From: an uncultured Dehalococcoidales bacterium
Lineage (GTDB): Bacteria; Chloroflexota; Dehalococcoidia; GIF9; AB-539-J10
Length of the DNA stretch: 64,000 nucleotides
NCBI GenBank assembly: GCA_964394145.1
Contig: CAYMVL010000044.1
Location: forward strand, 560 to 64,559
Direction: 5' to 3'
This document shows positions 46,576-56,472 of the stretch, one piece after another. Position 1 is the first letter of the stretch, and the number at the start of each line of letters is the position of its first letter. The notes under the pieces were generated by a model. That model saw only the letters and a list, made by a program, of their open reading frames with translations. It did no database searches and was not told where the DNA came from. The translations under genes and the position numbers were made by a program.

Positions 46576-47820
46576 ATGGCCAGACTGTTTGAATATCAAG
46601 GGAAGGAGTTTCTCAGAGCTAGCGGGATAGTGATTCCGGTTGGGGAAGTTGTGTCGACTGCACAAGAGGTGCGTGAGGTTGCCGGCAGGATGGGGAAACC
46701 AGTTGCAGTTAAAGCTCAGGTTTGGGTAGGTGGGCGGGGAAAAGCTGGAGCTGTGAAGCTTGCGAACACACCAGAGGAGGCAGAACGAACAGCCAATGCT
46801 ATTCTAGGGATGGAAGTAAAGGGCTTTCCAGTTCGCAGGGTGCTGGTTGAGGAGATGTTGAATATTGATAAGGAATATTACGTGGGCATAATTGCAGATG
46901 GTTCTCGAGAGAGTAGGTGTCCAGTGCTTATTTTTAGCACCGAAGGGGGGATGGAGATCGAGACAGTCCCCGAGGATAAGATCTTCCGATTAAGAATTGA
47001 CTACCTCAGAGGATTGCCTCTGTATGATGCTATGGACCTGGCCAGCAGTGCCGCTATTCCCAATCAGATACTGACAGAAATGGCGGCCGTCATTTCTAAA
47101 GCTGTGGAGGTCTTTAAGGAGCGTGATTGCAATATTCTAGAAATTAATCCCCTAGTGCTGACCCGAGAGGGTAAGTTAGTTGCAGGGGACTGCCGCATGG
47201 CTATTGATGACAACTCAACTTTCCGTCATCCCGAACTGGGGATTACTATCCCAAGGGAATTCCCCTGGGAACCCACTGATTTTGACATGATTGGTTGGGG
47301 GATTGAAGAGACGGACCTACGTGGGTCAGGCTTCGTCATGAGGATGACCCTTGATGAGAACAGCCCGGGATACGTTGGCTTCCATGCCATTGGTGGCGGG
47401 GCAGCCATGATAGGGATGGATGCGCTCAGCAGGGTAGGACTCAAGCCAGCAAATTTTGCTGATACAAGCGGCAATCCGGTAGCTTCCAAGATTTACCGGG
47501 TAGCCAAAGTAATTCTATCCCAACCCCACATTGAGGGTTATCTGCTGGCGGGATTTCTGATTGGAAACCAGGAGCAGTGGCATCACGCCCATGCGTTGGT
47601 TAAGGCCTTGAGAGAAGAACTCCCTAAGAGGCCGGGATTCCCCTGTGTCCTCCTTCTAGCGGGAAACAAAGAGGAAGAGTCTCTTAAAATATTGCAAGAG
47701 GGGCTGAAAGGCTTACCCGGGCGTATTGAAATTTACGGTAGCCAGTATGTGGAGGATAGCGATTTCATTGCGAAAAGGATGCTGTCCTTAATACAAGAGT
47801 ATAAGGCGCAGAGAGGCTAG
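46576..47820 (+). CDS. ADP-forming dicarboxylate-CoA ligase beta subunit (SucC / malate thiokinase / citryl-CoA synthetase-like, ATP-grasp)
   Basis: 414 aa. Motifs: MARLFEYQGKEFL, VAVKAQVWVGGRGKAGAVKL, ILEINPL, ANFADTSGN. Confidence 0.85.
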   Translation: MARLFEYQGKEFLRASGIVIPVGEVVSTAQEVREVAGRMGKPVAVKAQVWVGGRGKAGAVKLANTPEEAERTANAILGMEVKGFPVRRVLVEEMLNIDKEYYVGIIADGSRESRCPVLIFSTEGGMEIETVPEDKIFRLRIDYLRGLPLYDAMDLASSAAIPNQILTEMAAVISKAVEVFKERDCNILEINPLVLTREGKLVAGDCRMAIDDNSTFRHPELGITIPREFPWEPTDFDMIGWGIEETDLRGSGFVMRMTLDENSPGYVGFHAIGGGAAMIGMDALSRVGLKPANFADTSGNPVASKIYRVAKVILSQPHIEGYLLAGFLIGNQEQWHHAHALVKALREELPKRPGFPCVLLLAGNKEEESLKILQEGLKGLPGRIEIYGSQYVEDSDFIAKRMLSLIQEYKAQRG

Positions 47821-47833
47821 AGGGGGCTGGGCG

Positions 47834-48124
47834 ATGCTAGAGTTTCAAGAAAGAACCATCAAGGTAATCATTGATACCGATAAATGCCCTGCGTGCGAGA
47901 GCAAAGCTTGCATAGCAGCCTGCAGCCTTTACAACCGCGGTATTCTGCAATTAAGAGACGGAAGGGCTTCTGTAAGCCATCTTAGTTCGGATGAGATAAT
48001 ACGAAGGGGTACGGAATGTCTGGCATGTGAGTATGAATGCTGGCAGCGCGGTAACAATGCAATCTATATTGATGTGCCCGTTAAGGGTTTGGATGATTAC
48101 CGCAGGAAACGCAACATGGAATAG
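47834..48124 (+). CDS. small Cys-rich ferredoxin-like protein inserted between the CoA-ligase subunit genes
   Basis: 96 aa with two Cys motifs, CPACESKACIAAC and CLACEYEC. Separated by 13 nt from the beta gene and 8 nt from the alpha gene. Confidence 0.6.
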   Translation: MLEFQERTIKVIIDTDKCPACESKACIAACSLYNRGILQLRDGRASVSHLSSDEIIRRGTECLACEYECWQRGNNAIYIDVPVKGLDDYRRKRNME

Positions 48125-48132
48125 GGGCAAAG

Positions 48133-49029
48133 ATGTCGATAATCATTGATGAGAATACCAGGCTAATTGTTCAGGGGATAACCGGGCGGGAAGGCTCTCT
48201 GAGATCCAAATATATGAAAGATTATGGTACCAAAGTGGTAGCTGGTACATCACCCGGGAGAGAAGGACAAGCGGTGGAGGGAATCCCTGTCTATAACACT
48301 GTCAGAGGAGCAATGCGGGCCCAGGGTTCTATAGATATGAGCGTCACCTTTATTCCTGGCCCGGGACTAAAATTAGCAGTGTTAGAAGCGATTGATGCCG
48401 GTATAAAGTGCATAGTCTGCCCGGTAGAGCGTGTGCCTCTTCATGATATTATGGAGATGCTTGCAGTAGCCAAAAGGGCGGGGTCGATAATAGTTGGGCC
48501 GGGTTCAATTGGCATTATGAGCCCGGGAAAGGCTGTAGCTGGATGGTTGGGCGGAGATATGGAGTGGGCGAACAGGTTATTTCATCCCGGACCAATTGGA
48601 GTTTTGTCTCGCAGTGGTGGGGAGTCAGGAACGCTGCCCTGGGTTCTGAAGAATGGAGGACTCGGTGTGAGTACTGCTATTCATACGGGTACTGAACCAA
48701 TTGTTGGCTCTTCCTTCGCTGATTTCCTTCTCCAGTTTCAGGGAGATGAAGAGACTCTTGCAGTAGCGGCCTTTGGTGAGATTGGCGGCAGTCAAGAGGA
48801 GGAGTCAGCCGAGATTATCAAGGCTGGCAAATTTACCAAACCTTTTGTTATCTATATTGCTGGTGCCAGTGCTCCTGAAGGGCAGCGCTTCTCTCATGCC
48901 TCTGCTATAGTAGAGAGGGGACGCGGATCAGTGCAGGGCAAAGTGAAAGCACTTCGTGAAGCAGGTGCCTATCCGGTGGAGACACCTAGGGAAATTGTTC
49001 CCACGCTTAAGAAGTTGCTCAGTTTATAG
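48133..49029 (+). CDS. ADP-forming dicarboxylate-CoA ligase alpha subunit (SucD-like, CoA-binding)
   Basis: 298 aa. Motifs: RLIVQGITGREGS, GTSPGREG, VCPVERVP, GVLSRSGG, and RFSHASAIV (equivalent to the phospho-His loop). Confidence 0.85.
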   Translation: MSIIIDENTRLIVQGITGREGSLRSKYMKDYGTKVVAGTSPGREGQAVEGIPVYNTVRGAMRAQGSIDMSVTFIPGPGLKLAVLEAIDAGIKCIVCPVERVPLHDIMEMLAVAKRAGSIIVGPGSIGIMSPGKAVAGWLGGDMEWANRLFHPGPIGVLSRSGGESGTLPWVLKNGGLGVSTAIHTGTEPIVGSSFADFLLQFQGDEETLAVAAFGEIGGSQEEESAEIIKAGKFTKPFVIYIAGASAPEGQRFSHASAIVERGRGSVQGKVKALREAGAYPVETPREIVPTLKKLLSL

Positions 49030-49122
49030 TGCGGGTAAGGCTTTTCCACATGTTAAGGAGTTGAATAATATTGAACTCCTTCTTGCACGTATTCAAAAAA
49101 TTCATTTACAGGAGGTTAGAAG

Positions 49123-50022
49123 GTGACTGTAATGCGTTCAGTGTTTTATGTGCCAGGAAATAAGGATGATATGATTGCCAAGATACCGAAGATCCCGGCG
49201 GATATCATCACACTGGATCTTGAAGATTCGGTACCCCCGTCGGAGAAACAGAAGGCCAGAGAGTTGAGTCATAAGAACCTCAAATTTGCAGCATCGTCCG
49301 GTGCAGCTGTTTACGTTCGCGTCAATAACTGGGAGACAGGTATGACCAATGATGATTGCGAGGCGGTGGTTGATGAAGGTTTAGCAGCCGTGTGCCTTGC
49401 TAAGTGTGGAGGAGCGGCCGATGTAGAGCGGCTGTCCTGGAAACTGGAGGAAATGGAACAGAAAAGGGGATTAGGGGTGGGAACCGTAAAAATTCAGCTA
49501 CTGATTGAAACGGCTAAGGGCATGATGAACATTTATGCGGCAGCTACTGCAAGCCCGAGAGTCAATTCATTGATTTTTGGGGCAGTGGACTATACCACCG
49601 ATATGAGGGTTACACTGACTCAGCCGATCGGTGAGGAAACGAAATGGGCCAGAGCGCGTGTGGCCTGCGCTGCCAGAGCGGCCGGCCTTATAGCTATTGA
49701 TGCTCCTTATGTAGCGTTTAAGGACACCGAAGGTTTTGAGAAAGATACACTCTATGGTCGCCAGCTCGGCTTTGAGGGAAGGATGCTGATACATCCAAGT
49801 CAAATTGAGCCCTCTCACAGGATTTACACCCCTGCACCTGACAGGGTAGAGTGGGCCAGAGAAGTTGTGAAAGTGTTTGAGGAGGAGGGGATTGCCAAAG
49901 GTTCGGCTGCAGTGGCATACAAAGGACATATGGTGGATACCCCGGTCTATATTGGAGCAAAGAAGATACTCCAGACCATTAATGAGATCGAAGCTAGAGG
50001 CCAGGGGAAGACAGCGGGTTAG
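49123..50022 (+). CDS. HpcH/HpaI aldolase - citrate lyase beta (CitE)-like acyl-CoA lyase
   Basis: 299 aa. Motifs: RSVFYVPGNK, ITLDLEDSV, LLIETAKG, GAVDYTTDM, IHPSQI. The GTG at 49123 lies 7 nt after GGAGG. Confidence 0.85.
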   Translation: MTVMRSVFYVPGNKDDMIAKIPKIPADIITLDLEDSVPPSEKQKARELSHKNLKFAASSGAAVYVRVNNWETGMTNDDCEAVVDEGLAAVCLAKCGGAADVERLSWKLEEMEQKRGLGVGTVKIQLLIETAKGMMNIYAAATASPRVNSLIFGAVDYTTDMRVTLTQPIGEETKWARARVACAARAAGLIAIDAPYVAFKDTEGFEKDTLYGRQLGFEGRMLIHPSQIEPSHRIYTPAPDRVEWAREVVKVFEEEGIAKGSAAVAYKGHMVDTPVYIGAKKILQTINEIEARGQGKTAG

Positions 50023-50185
50023 GCTGAGCGTGTTGTGTTACCAGAAATAACCAACCTGAATGACCCTACTCGAGCGACTTGGGTGCAATCGACACAATAC
50101 GGTAAATTAGGAGATGTCACTAATCATGGAGCAAGTAGATAATCTTGTTTCACATTAGCAAGGTTGCTATACTATTCCAGAATTA

Positions 50186-51622
50186 ATGGAGTATGCGGTT
50201 GTCATCGGCTTAGAAGTCCATGCTCAGTTGCTCACCAAGAGCAAGATGTTCTGTAGTTGTAGCGCGGATTATGCTGATGCCCCACCTAATACGCATGTTT
50301 GCCCCATTTGCCTGGGTATGCCCGGTGTTCTGCCAGTTATTAACAAGAAGGCAGTGGAATATACCGTGATGACAGCCCTTGCTCTAAACTGCACCATATC
50401 TGAATACACCAAATTCGACCGTAAGAATTACAGCTACCCTGACTTAATGAAGGGCTACCAGATCTCTCAGTATGATGCCCCTATTGGTAAGGGCGGTTGG
50501 CTGACTATTGATAGCGATGGCTCTAAGAAGAGGATCAATATCACCAGGGTGCACCTTGAGGAGGATGTGGCAAAGTTGTGGCACAGGGGTAATTCGAGTT
50601 TGATAGATGTCAACCGCGCTGGAGTACCGCTGATGGAGACCGTCAGCGAGCCTGAGATTAGCTCTCCTGAAGAAGCCCGTGATTACCTTCTCAAGCTGCG
50701 AAACATCCTCCGCTATTTGGGTGTGTCCACAGGCAATATGGAGGAGGGCAGTTTTAGATGTGATGCTAATATAAGTGTTCGGCCTCTGGGTAGCAAAGAA
50801 CTACCCCCTAAGGTTGAGGTCAAGAATATGAATAGCTTCAAGTCGGTTTTCCAAGCTATGCAATATGAGTCTAGGCGGCAAAAAGAGGTGCTGGCAGAGG
50901 GTGGGCAGCTTGTGCAGGAGACGAGGGGTTGGGTCGAGGAGAAAGGTATAACTCAGACTCAGAGAACCAAGGAGTATGCTGATGACTACCGCTATTTCCC
51001 TGAGCCAGATTTGCCACCCCTGGCTTTTGATAGAGTTTGGGTAGATCAAATCAGATCGAAGCTTCCCGAATTACCGGAAGCCAGGAGAGACCGATTTATG
51101 GCACAGTATGGTTTGCCGCTGTACGATGCCAATATCTTAACCAATTCTAAGGCATTAGCTGACTATTTTGAGAATTGTTGTAAGTTGATGGGAGATAGCA
51201 AAGCGAAAGTGATAAGTAATTGGCTGCTGGGAGATTTTAGCCGATTGCTTAACGCTACTAACACCGAAGTAGAAAATGTTAGAATAATGCCGGAACAGCT
51301 GGTAGAGATGTTTATGCTCGTAGACGATGGTACTATTAGCGGAACAATAGCCAAGATGATACTTGAAGAGATGTTTATTAGTGGTAAGAGGGCCAGTGAT
51401 ATTGTGCAGGAAAAGAAGCTCAGTCAGATTAGTGATACGACTGAGATAAGGGGGATAATAAAGAAGGTCATATCTGACAACACCAAGGCAGTATCTGATT
51501 ATAATGCTGGAAAGCAGCAAGCACTGGTATTCATTACAGGGCAGGTAATGAAGGCTACCCGGGGAAGAGCGAATCCTGCCTTGGTGAATGAATTACTGAT
51601 ACAGGAGCTAGGAGAAAAGTAA
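50186..51622 (+). CDS. gatB: Asp-tRNA(Asn)/Glu-tRNA(Gln) amidotransferase subunit B
   Basis: 478 aa. Motifs: [48 protein letters not shown]. Confidence 0.95.
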   Translation: MEYAVVIGLEVHAQLLTKSKMFCSCSADYADAPPNTHVCPICLGMPGVLPVINKKAVEYTVMTALALNCTISEYTKFDRKNYSYPDLMKGYQISQYDAPIGKGGWLTIDSDGSKKRINITRVHLEEDVAKLWHRGNSSLIDVNRAGVPLMETVSEPEISSPEEARDYLLKLRNILRYLGVSTGNMEEGSFRCDANISVRPLGSKELPPKVEVKNMNSFKSVFQAMQYESRRQKEVLAEGGQLVQETRGWVEEKGITQTQRTKEYADDYRYFPEPDLPPLAFDRVWVDQIRSKLPELPEARRDRFMAQYGLPLYDANILTNSKALADYFENCCKLMGDSKAKVISNWLLGDFSRLLNATNTEVENVRIMPEQLVEMFMLVDDGTISGTIAKMILEEMFISGKRASDIVQEKKLSQISDTTEIRGIIKKVISDNTKAVSDYNAGKQQALVFITGQVMKATRGRANPALVNELLIQELGEK

Positions 51623-51623
51623 A

Positions 51624-51845
51624 TTGCAAAGTTCTTTCATTATTGCTCAGCTACTAGTGGCGATAGCCTTAATTGTCACCATTCTATTTCAGTTACACGG
51701 CGGTGGTCTGGGCGGGATATTCGGGCAATCGGACTCTGTGTATCGAACGCGACGGGGAATAGAAAGAACTCTACTCAAGCTTACGATAGTTCTGGCTGTC
51801 ATTTTCGTCATCTTTGCGGTTCTGATCGTTATGTTTAGCCCCTAG
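51624..51845 (+). CDS. secG: preprotein translocase subunit SecG
   Basis: 73 aa. Two TM helices flank a Gly-rich loop (GGGLGGIFGQSDS). TTG start 1 nt after the gatB stop. Confidence 0.8.
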   Translation: MQSSFIIAQLLVAIALIVTILFQLHGGGLGGIFGQSDSVYRTRRGIERTLLKLTIVLAVIFVIFAVLIVMFSP

Positions 51846-51851
51846 ATCCAT

Positions 51852-52700
51852 ATGAGTCGTGTAGTTACGTTAACCACCGACCTTGGCTCCAGTGATGCCT
51901 ACGTTGCTGCGATGAAAGGTGTTATCCTGACCATCAATCCTGAAGCCAATGTTGTCGATATAACTCACTCTATCGAGCCGCAGGATATCCATCAGGGTGC
52001 CTTTATCCTGAACACCGCCTATCGTTATTTCCCCGAGCATTCTATTCACATAGCTATTGTTGACCCCGGTGTAGGCAGCAATCGGAAGCCAATAATCCTG
52101 AAGACTCCTCTGGCTCTATTCGTTGCCCCTGATAATGGCATCCTCAGCTACGTAATCAGCGACCTGGCGCAAAACCGAGGCAGCTCGACTGAGCATGCTC
52201 CTGACCTGGAGCAGGTGAGTCTAAAGAAGGGCCTTGAAGCCATAGCTATTACTGACCCTCGCTTCTGGCGCAATCCCATAAGCACCACTTTCCACGGACG
52301 GGATATTTTTGCTCCAGTAGCTGCTGGAATTTCCCTTGATATTTCGCCCTATGAGTTTGGCGATAAGGTGAGCTTCCTTAATGTTTTCCCTGTTTCAAGG
52401 CCGTTCTCCGATGCACAAGGGAACCTGATAGGACATATACTGCATGTCGATCATTTTGGCAACTTAATTGCAGATATTAGGAAGAGTGACTTGCCTGGCA
52501 AAGCCGACGATCTTGTGATTGAGATAGCGGGATACCGCATTCGTGGGCTAAGTAGTTATTACGCTCAACAGGAGGAGGGATTGATGGCTGTACTCGGTAG
52601 CAACGGCTATCTAGAAATAGCATTAAGAGATGGAAACGCCCGTAATTTCCTGGAAATAGGGGTAGGAGACGAGATAATGGTGAGGGCAGGCTCTTCTTGA
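51852..52700 (+). CDS. SAM hydrolase / SAM hydroxide adenosyltransferase family protein (DUF62)
   Basis: 282 aa. Motifs: VVTLTTDLGSSDAYVAAMKGVI, VDPGVGS, APDNG, TFHGRDIFAPVAA, HFGN. Confidence 0.85.
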   Translation: MSRVVTLTTDLGSSDAYVAAMKGVILTINPEANVVDITHSIEPQDIHQGAFILNTAYRYFPEHSIHIAIVDPGVGSNRKPIILKTPLALFVAPDNGILSYVISDLAQNRGSSTEHAPDLEQVSLKKGLEAIAITDPRFWRNPISTTFHGRDIFAPVAAGISLDISPYEFGDKVSFLNVFPVSRPFSDAQGNLIGHILHVDHFGNLIADIRKSDLPGKADDLVIEIAGYRIRGLSSYYAQQEEGLMAVLGSNGYLEIALRDGNARNFLEIGVGDEIMVRAGSS

Positions 52701-52788
52701 GCGAAATGTGCAATTATGCCACCCAAGTCATTAAATATCAGTGAAGTGACGGTGTCGCTGTTAAAATTAATCAACTCTAATGACTGTT

Positions 52789-53181
52789 TCACCCATCGAT
52801 TGTAGGGATATAGGGTTTGATATCCAGGAGCGGACTCCCGTCCAGTGCATCCAGTCCTCTTACCTTCAGGATGTTATTCTCCCTGCCCACTAGTTCTACG
52901 ACAGTTAATCCCAGCGGGCTTGGTCTATCCGGGGATCTGCTGGCAAAAACGCCGCGCGATTCAAGCTTGAGAGAATACCCGGCAGACCTGTGAAACCAGT
53001 ATATCAGAACAATCCGGGAGAATCTCTCTATGCCTCTTAAGCCCTCTTCAAACTCTCTAAACACCTCTACTTCACTGATATCCTGCCGTACGCAACCCTG
53101 CCGAGGTGTCTCTCGCCTGGAGTGATAAATGGAGTGAATTATTCCTATAGGCTTTAAACTCAGATTCTGTAGCTCTTCCAT
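52789..53181 (-). CDS. tsaA: tRNA m6t6A37 methyltransferase TrmO/TsaA-like protein
   Basis: ATG at 53181 (MEELQNLSLKPIGIIHS) is preferred to the TTG at 53223. Motifs: RETPRQG, IVLIYWFH, RSPDRPSPLGLTVVEL, LDGSPLLDIKPY. Confidence 0.8.
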   Translation of the reverse strand: MEELQNLSLKPIGIIHSIYHSRRETPRQGCVRQDISEVEVFREFEEGLRGIERFSRIVLIYWFHRSAGYSLKLESRGVFASRSPDRPSPLGLTVVELVGRENNILKVRGLDALDGSPLLDIKPYIPTIDG

Positions 53182-53403
53182 AATTACTTTGATGGGAGAT
53201 AAGTCATTAGGGGACCGTACCAATTATACCATTTACGTAATCAGAACCTTGCTCCCAGCCATTAAGTCTTCTGTCAGTTAGGCGACTGTGCCTCAATGGT
53301 CTGGGTTAGTCATCAACATTCTATTTCTATAGACGCTTGGCCTTAATCGGAAAGATATGGTAGACTACAAAACTTGGCAGTTTGAAGTTTTGAAGGAGGC
53401 GAT

Positions 53404-55362
53404 ATGGGTAAGTTACTTTGGCAGCCGTCAGACGAACGGAAGAGAAATGCCAACATAACCAGGTTCATAGAACTGGTGAATAGCAAGTACGGAAAGGACT
53501 TCCATTCTTATAAGGAACTATACGACTGGTCAGTAAGTCAGATAAGCGACTTCTGGGCCTCGGTGTGGGATTTTGTCGGGATAAAAGCTTCTAAAAGCTA
53601 TGAGGTTGTCGTTGATGATGTAAGCAAGATGCCAGGAACAAAGTGGTTTGTTGGGGCGAGGCTTAATTTTGCAGAGAATCTTCTCAGATACAGGGATGAG
53701 CGCACAGCCTTTATATTTAGAGGGGAGACTCAAAAGACAGCTAAAATGAGTTATGCAGAGCTCTATGACTCTGTAGCACGTCTGTCGAAGTCGCTTCGGG
53801 AGATGGGAGTCGTTCCAGGGGATCGGGTAGCTGCGTATATGCCAAACATGATGGAGACGGCCATTGCTATGCTTGCTGCTACCAGCATTGGTGCTACTTG
53901 GGCTTCCGCCGCTACGGATATTGGTCCAGGGGCAGTTATAGATCGCTTTGGTCAAATTGAACCAAAAGTCTTGTTTACTGTTGATGGATACTTCTATAAG
54001 GGCAAGGGCTTCGATGTTCTTTCCAATGCGGCTGAGGCTCTAAAGGGATTACCTTCAGTTAAGAAAGTCATTGTTGCCTCGTATACAACGGGAAAGCCTG
54101 AAGTCAGCAACATCCCCAACGCTGTGCGCTGGGATGATTTCCTATCCAAGGAAAAGGGACTTGAGATTCAGTTCGAACAATTACCGTCCGATCATCCTGT
54201 ATTTATTATGTTCTCCTCTGGAACAACAGGTAAGCCGAAGTGCATGGTGCAAGGGGCTGCCGGAATTCTCGTCAACCAGTTGAAGGAGCTCATACTTCAG
54301 AGCAATTTGAAGAGAGAAGACGTCCACTTTTTCATAGCAACTTGTAGCTGGATGATGTGGAATTGGATGCTGAGCTCGTTGGCCACGGGCAACACTCTGA
54401 TTCTATATGATGGCAATCCGAACTATCCGGACCCCGGTGCTATGTGGAAAGTGATTCAGGACGAGAAAGTAAGCATGTTCGGTTGTAGTGCCAGCTATAT
54501 TAATTTCCTCCGCAGCCAGGGCATCAAGCCTGGCAAGGATTATGACCTCTCGTCCTTGCAGGAAATATGGCAGACCGGGTCAGCTCTTTCTGCCGAAGGC
54601 TTTGAATATGTTTACCAGGAAATTAAGCAGGATGTCTGGTTTAATTCCAGTTCTGGTGGTACTGACATAAACGGGTGCTTCTGTACTGGAAGTCCCATTC
54701 AGCCGGTATATGCTGGTGAATTGCAGGGTCCCGGTTTGGGAATGAAGATAAAGGCGTATGACCCGAGTGGTAAGCCGATATATGACCAGGAGGGAGAACT
54801 TGTCTGTGAAGCGCCTGCTCCTCCTATGCCCCTTTACTTCTGGAATGACCCAAATAATGAGAGGTATAGCCAAACTTATTTCGACGTCTATCCCAATGTC
54901 TGGCGTCATGGCGATTACGTTGTGTTCCATAGCGAGACGGGAGGGATTACCTTTTTGGGCCGCTCTGATGCTATCCTGAAGCCTTCCGGAGTTCGAATAG
55001 GTACGGCTGAGATATACAATCAGGTGGAGCTGATACCTGAAGTTGCTGATAGTCTGGCTATAGGACAGAACTGGGAAGGGGACCAGCGGGTTATCCTCTT
55101 CGTTAAGCTTGCTAAGAGATATCAGCTAACGGAAGATCTGAAGAATAAGATTAAGAAGACCCTGCGTGAGAAGGCCTCTCCCCGTCATGTTCCGGCAATA
55201 ATCATGGAAGTGCCAGATATCCCTTACACTATGAACATGAAGAAAGTTGAAAGCGCGGTGACCAACATATTGCACGGCAGGCCAGTCTCGAACAGGGATG
55301 CTCTGATGAACCCCGAGTCGTTGGATTTTTACGAAAAAGCAAAGATAGAGCTTGAAAAATAG
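53404..55362 (+). CDS. acetoacetate-CoA ligase (acetoacetyl-CoA synthetase)
   Basis: 652 aa. LWQPS...NITRF N-terminus, AMP-binding motif FSSGTTGKPK, plus GRSDAILKPSGVRIG and HVP. Confidence 0.9.
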   Translation: MGKLLWQPSDERKRNANITRFIELVNSKYGKDFHSYKELYDWSVSQISDFWASVWDFVGIKASKSYEVVVDDVSKMPGTKWFVGARLNFAENLLRYRDERTAFIFRGETQKTAKMSYAELYDSVARLSKSLREMGVVPGDRVAAYMPNMMETAIAMLAATSIGATWASAATDIGPGAVIDRFGQIEPKVLFTVDGYFYKGKGFDVLSNAAEALKGLPSVKKVIVASYTTGKPEVSNIPNAVRWDDFLSKEKGLEIQFEQLPSDHPVFIMFSSGTTGKPKCMVQGAAGILVNQLKELILQSNLKREDVHFFIATCSWMMWNWMLSSLATGNTLILYDGNPNYPDPGAMWKVIQDEKVSMFGCSASYINFLRSQGIKPGKDYDLSSLQEIWQTGSALSAEGFEYVYQEIKQDVWFNSSSGGTDINGCFCTGSPIQPVYAGELQGPGLGMKIKAYDPSGKPIYDQEGELVCEAPAPPMPLYFWNDPNNERYSQTYFDVYPNVWRHGDYVVFHSETGGITFLGRSDAILKPSGVRIGTAEIYNQVELIPEVADSLAIGQNWEGDQRVILFVKLAKRYQLTEDLKNKIKKTLREKASPRHVPAIIMEVPDIPYTMNMKKVESAVTNILHGRPVSNRDALMNPESLDFYEKAKIELEK

Positions 55363-55599
55363 CATATCTTTCTCAGCTATTTTGAAGGGGATTAGTCAGG
55401 CAGGAAGTCCGCGTCTATGTGGACTGCGCCATGGCAGGTTTCTGCAATATGCCATGGAGTCTGCTTGGAGCTATCCGGGGTTGCTTCACTCTGCCGGGAG
55501 CAGCTTAGAGGCATTCAAAGTCTAGCGCTACTTTGTCGACCGGTCTGTCCTGCTCAGCGTGGCGTTTTTGAAAAGCATCAGCAGGGCCTGTAGCAACTA

Positions 55600-55628
55600 T
55601 TGACTTCCTATTCCCGTATGTGTACTAT
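55600..55628 (+). promoter_or_regulatory. candidate sigma-70 promoter for the zinc-ribbon membrane protein gene
   Basis: TTGACT (55600-55605), 17-nt spacer, TACTAT (55623-55628). AAGGAGGTG SD lies before the ATG at 55663. Confidence 0.4.
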
Positions 55629-55662
55629 AATGTCTCTAAACTGAGCATAAGGAGGTGCGGGT

Positions 55663-56145
55663 ATGTTTTGTAGCAAGTGTGGTGCCGAAAATCCGGAAGG
55701 AGCCAAGTTTTGCTCTAAATGTGGCGCCCCTCTTGAGGTTTCTATCGAGCCATCCGAGGCTGCGGCTAAGTCCGGGGAGCGTAGCAGTACAGGGTTGTCA
55801 GCCAATTTAGCCGGTCTTCTGTGCTACGTGGGGGGCTGGATTTCTGGCATAGTATTCGTGGTGCTGGAGAAGAACAGTAAGTTTGTCAAGTTCCATGCCT
55901 GGCAGTCAATCATGACCTTCGGTGTGTTGACTGTAATCCAGATTATTCTGTCAATAATTGCTGCTATTGCGTGGGCTACTTTTGCGCCCGGGGCCGCAAT
56001 CGCTGCACACATCGTTGGCGTTATCGTGTGGGTTATAACTGGCATTTTGTGGATTGTCCTGATGATTCTGGCATATCAGGGAAAGATGTGGAAGGTACCA
56101 GGGGCGGGTGACTGGGCGGAGAAGCGGGCCAGTAAGAGTTCGTGA
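55663..56145 (+). CDS. zinc-ribbon plus DUF4870-like membrane protein
   Basis: 160 aa. N-terminal MFCSKCGAENPEGAKFCSKCGAPL double CxxC motif, then 3-4 TM helices (NLAGLLCYVGGWISGIVF..., FHAWQS). Confidence 0.7.
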   Translation: MFCSKCGAENPEGAKFCSKCGAPLEVSIEPSEAAAKSGERSSTGLSANLAGLLCYVGGWISGIVFVVLEKNSKFVKFHAWQSIMTFGVLTVIQIILSIIAAIAWATFAPGAAIAAHIVGVIVWVITGILWIVLMILAYQGKMWKVPGAGDWAEKRASKSS

Positions 56146-56472
56146 CTTCTGTTTATCTATGGCACATGTGATTGCCGGGGTATCGTCACGTAGAGGCATG
56201 CCCGTCAGTCTTTTGATTCGCCTGGGCCCTGGTATTGGCAAGGTGAAGGGGTAGCTGCCTGACGGCCGCTCGCTGCGCCTGATCTAACTATCTAGTTCTT
56301 ATCAGTGTCTCCGTATCTTTTCGTGGAAGCGCGTGAAGCATCGCAGCAGCGTCGAATCGACTCCATCTAGTTCTTGGCGCAAGCTGATTGCCCGCGTGGA
56401 GTAACGATGGGGAGCTTTCGGTATAAACTTTTCCTCATTCTTTTCGTTTACAGTATAATAGGCATCAGGTTG

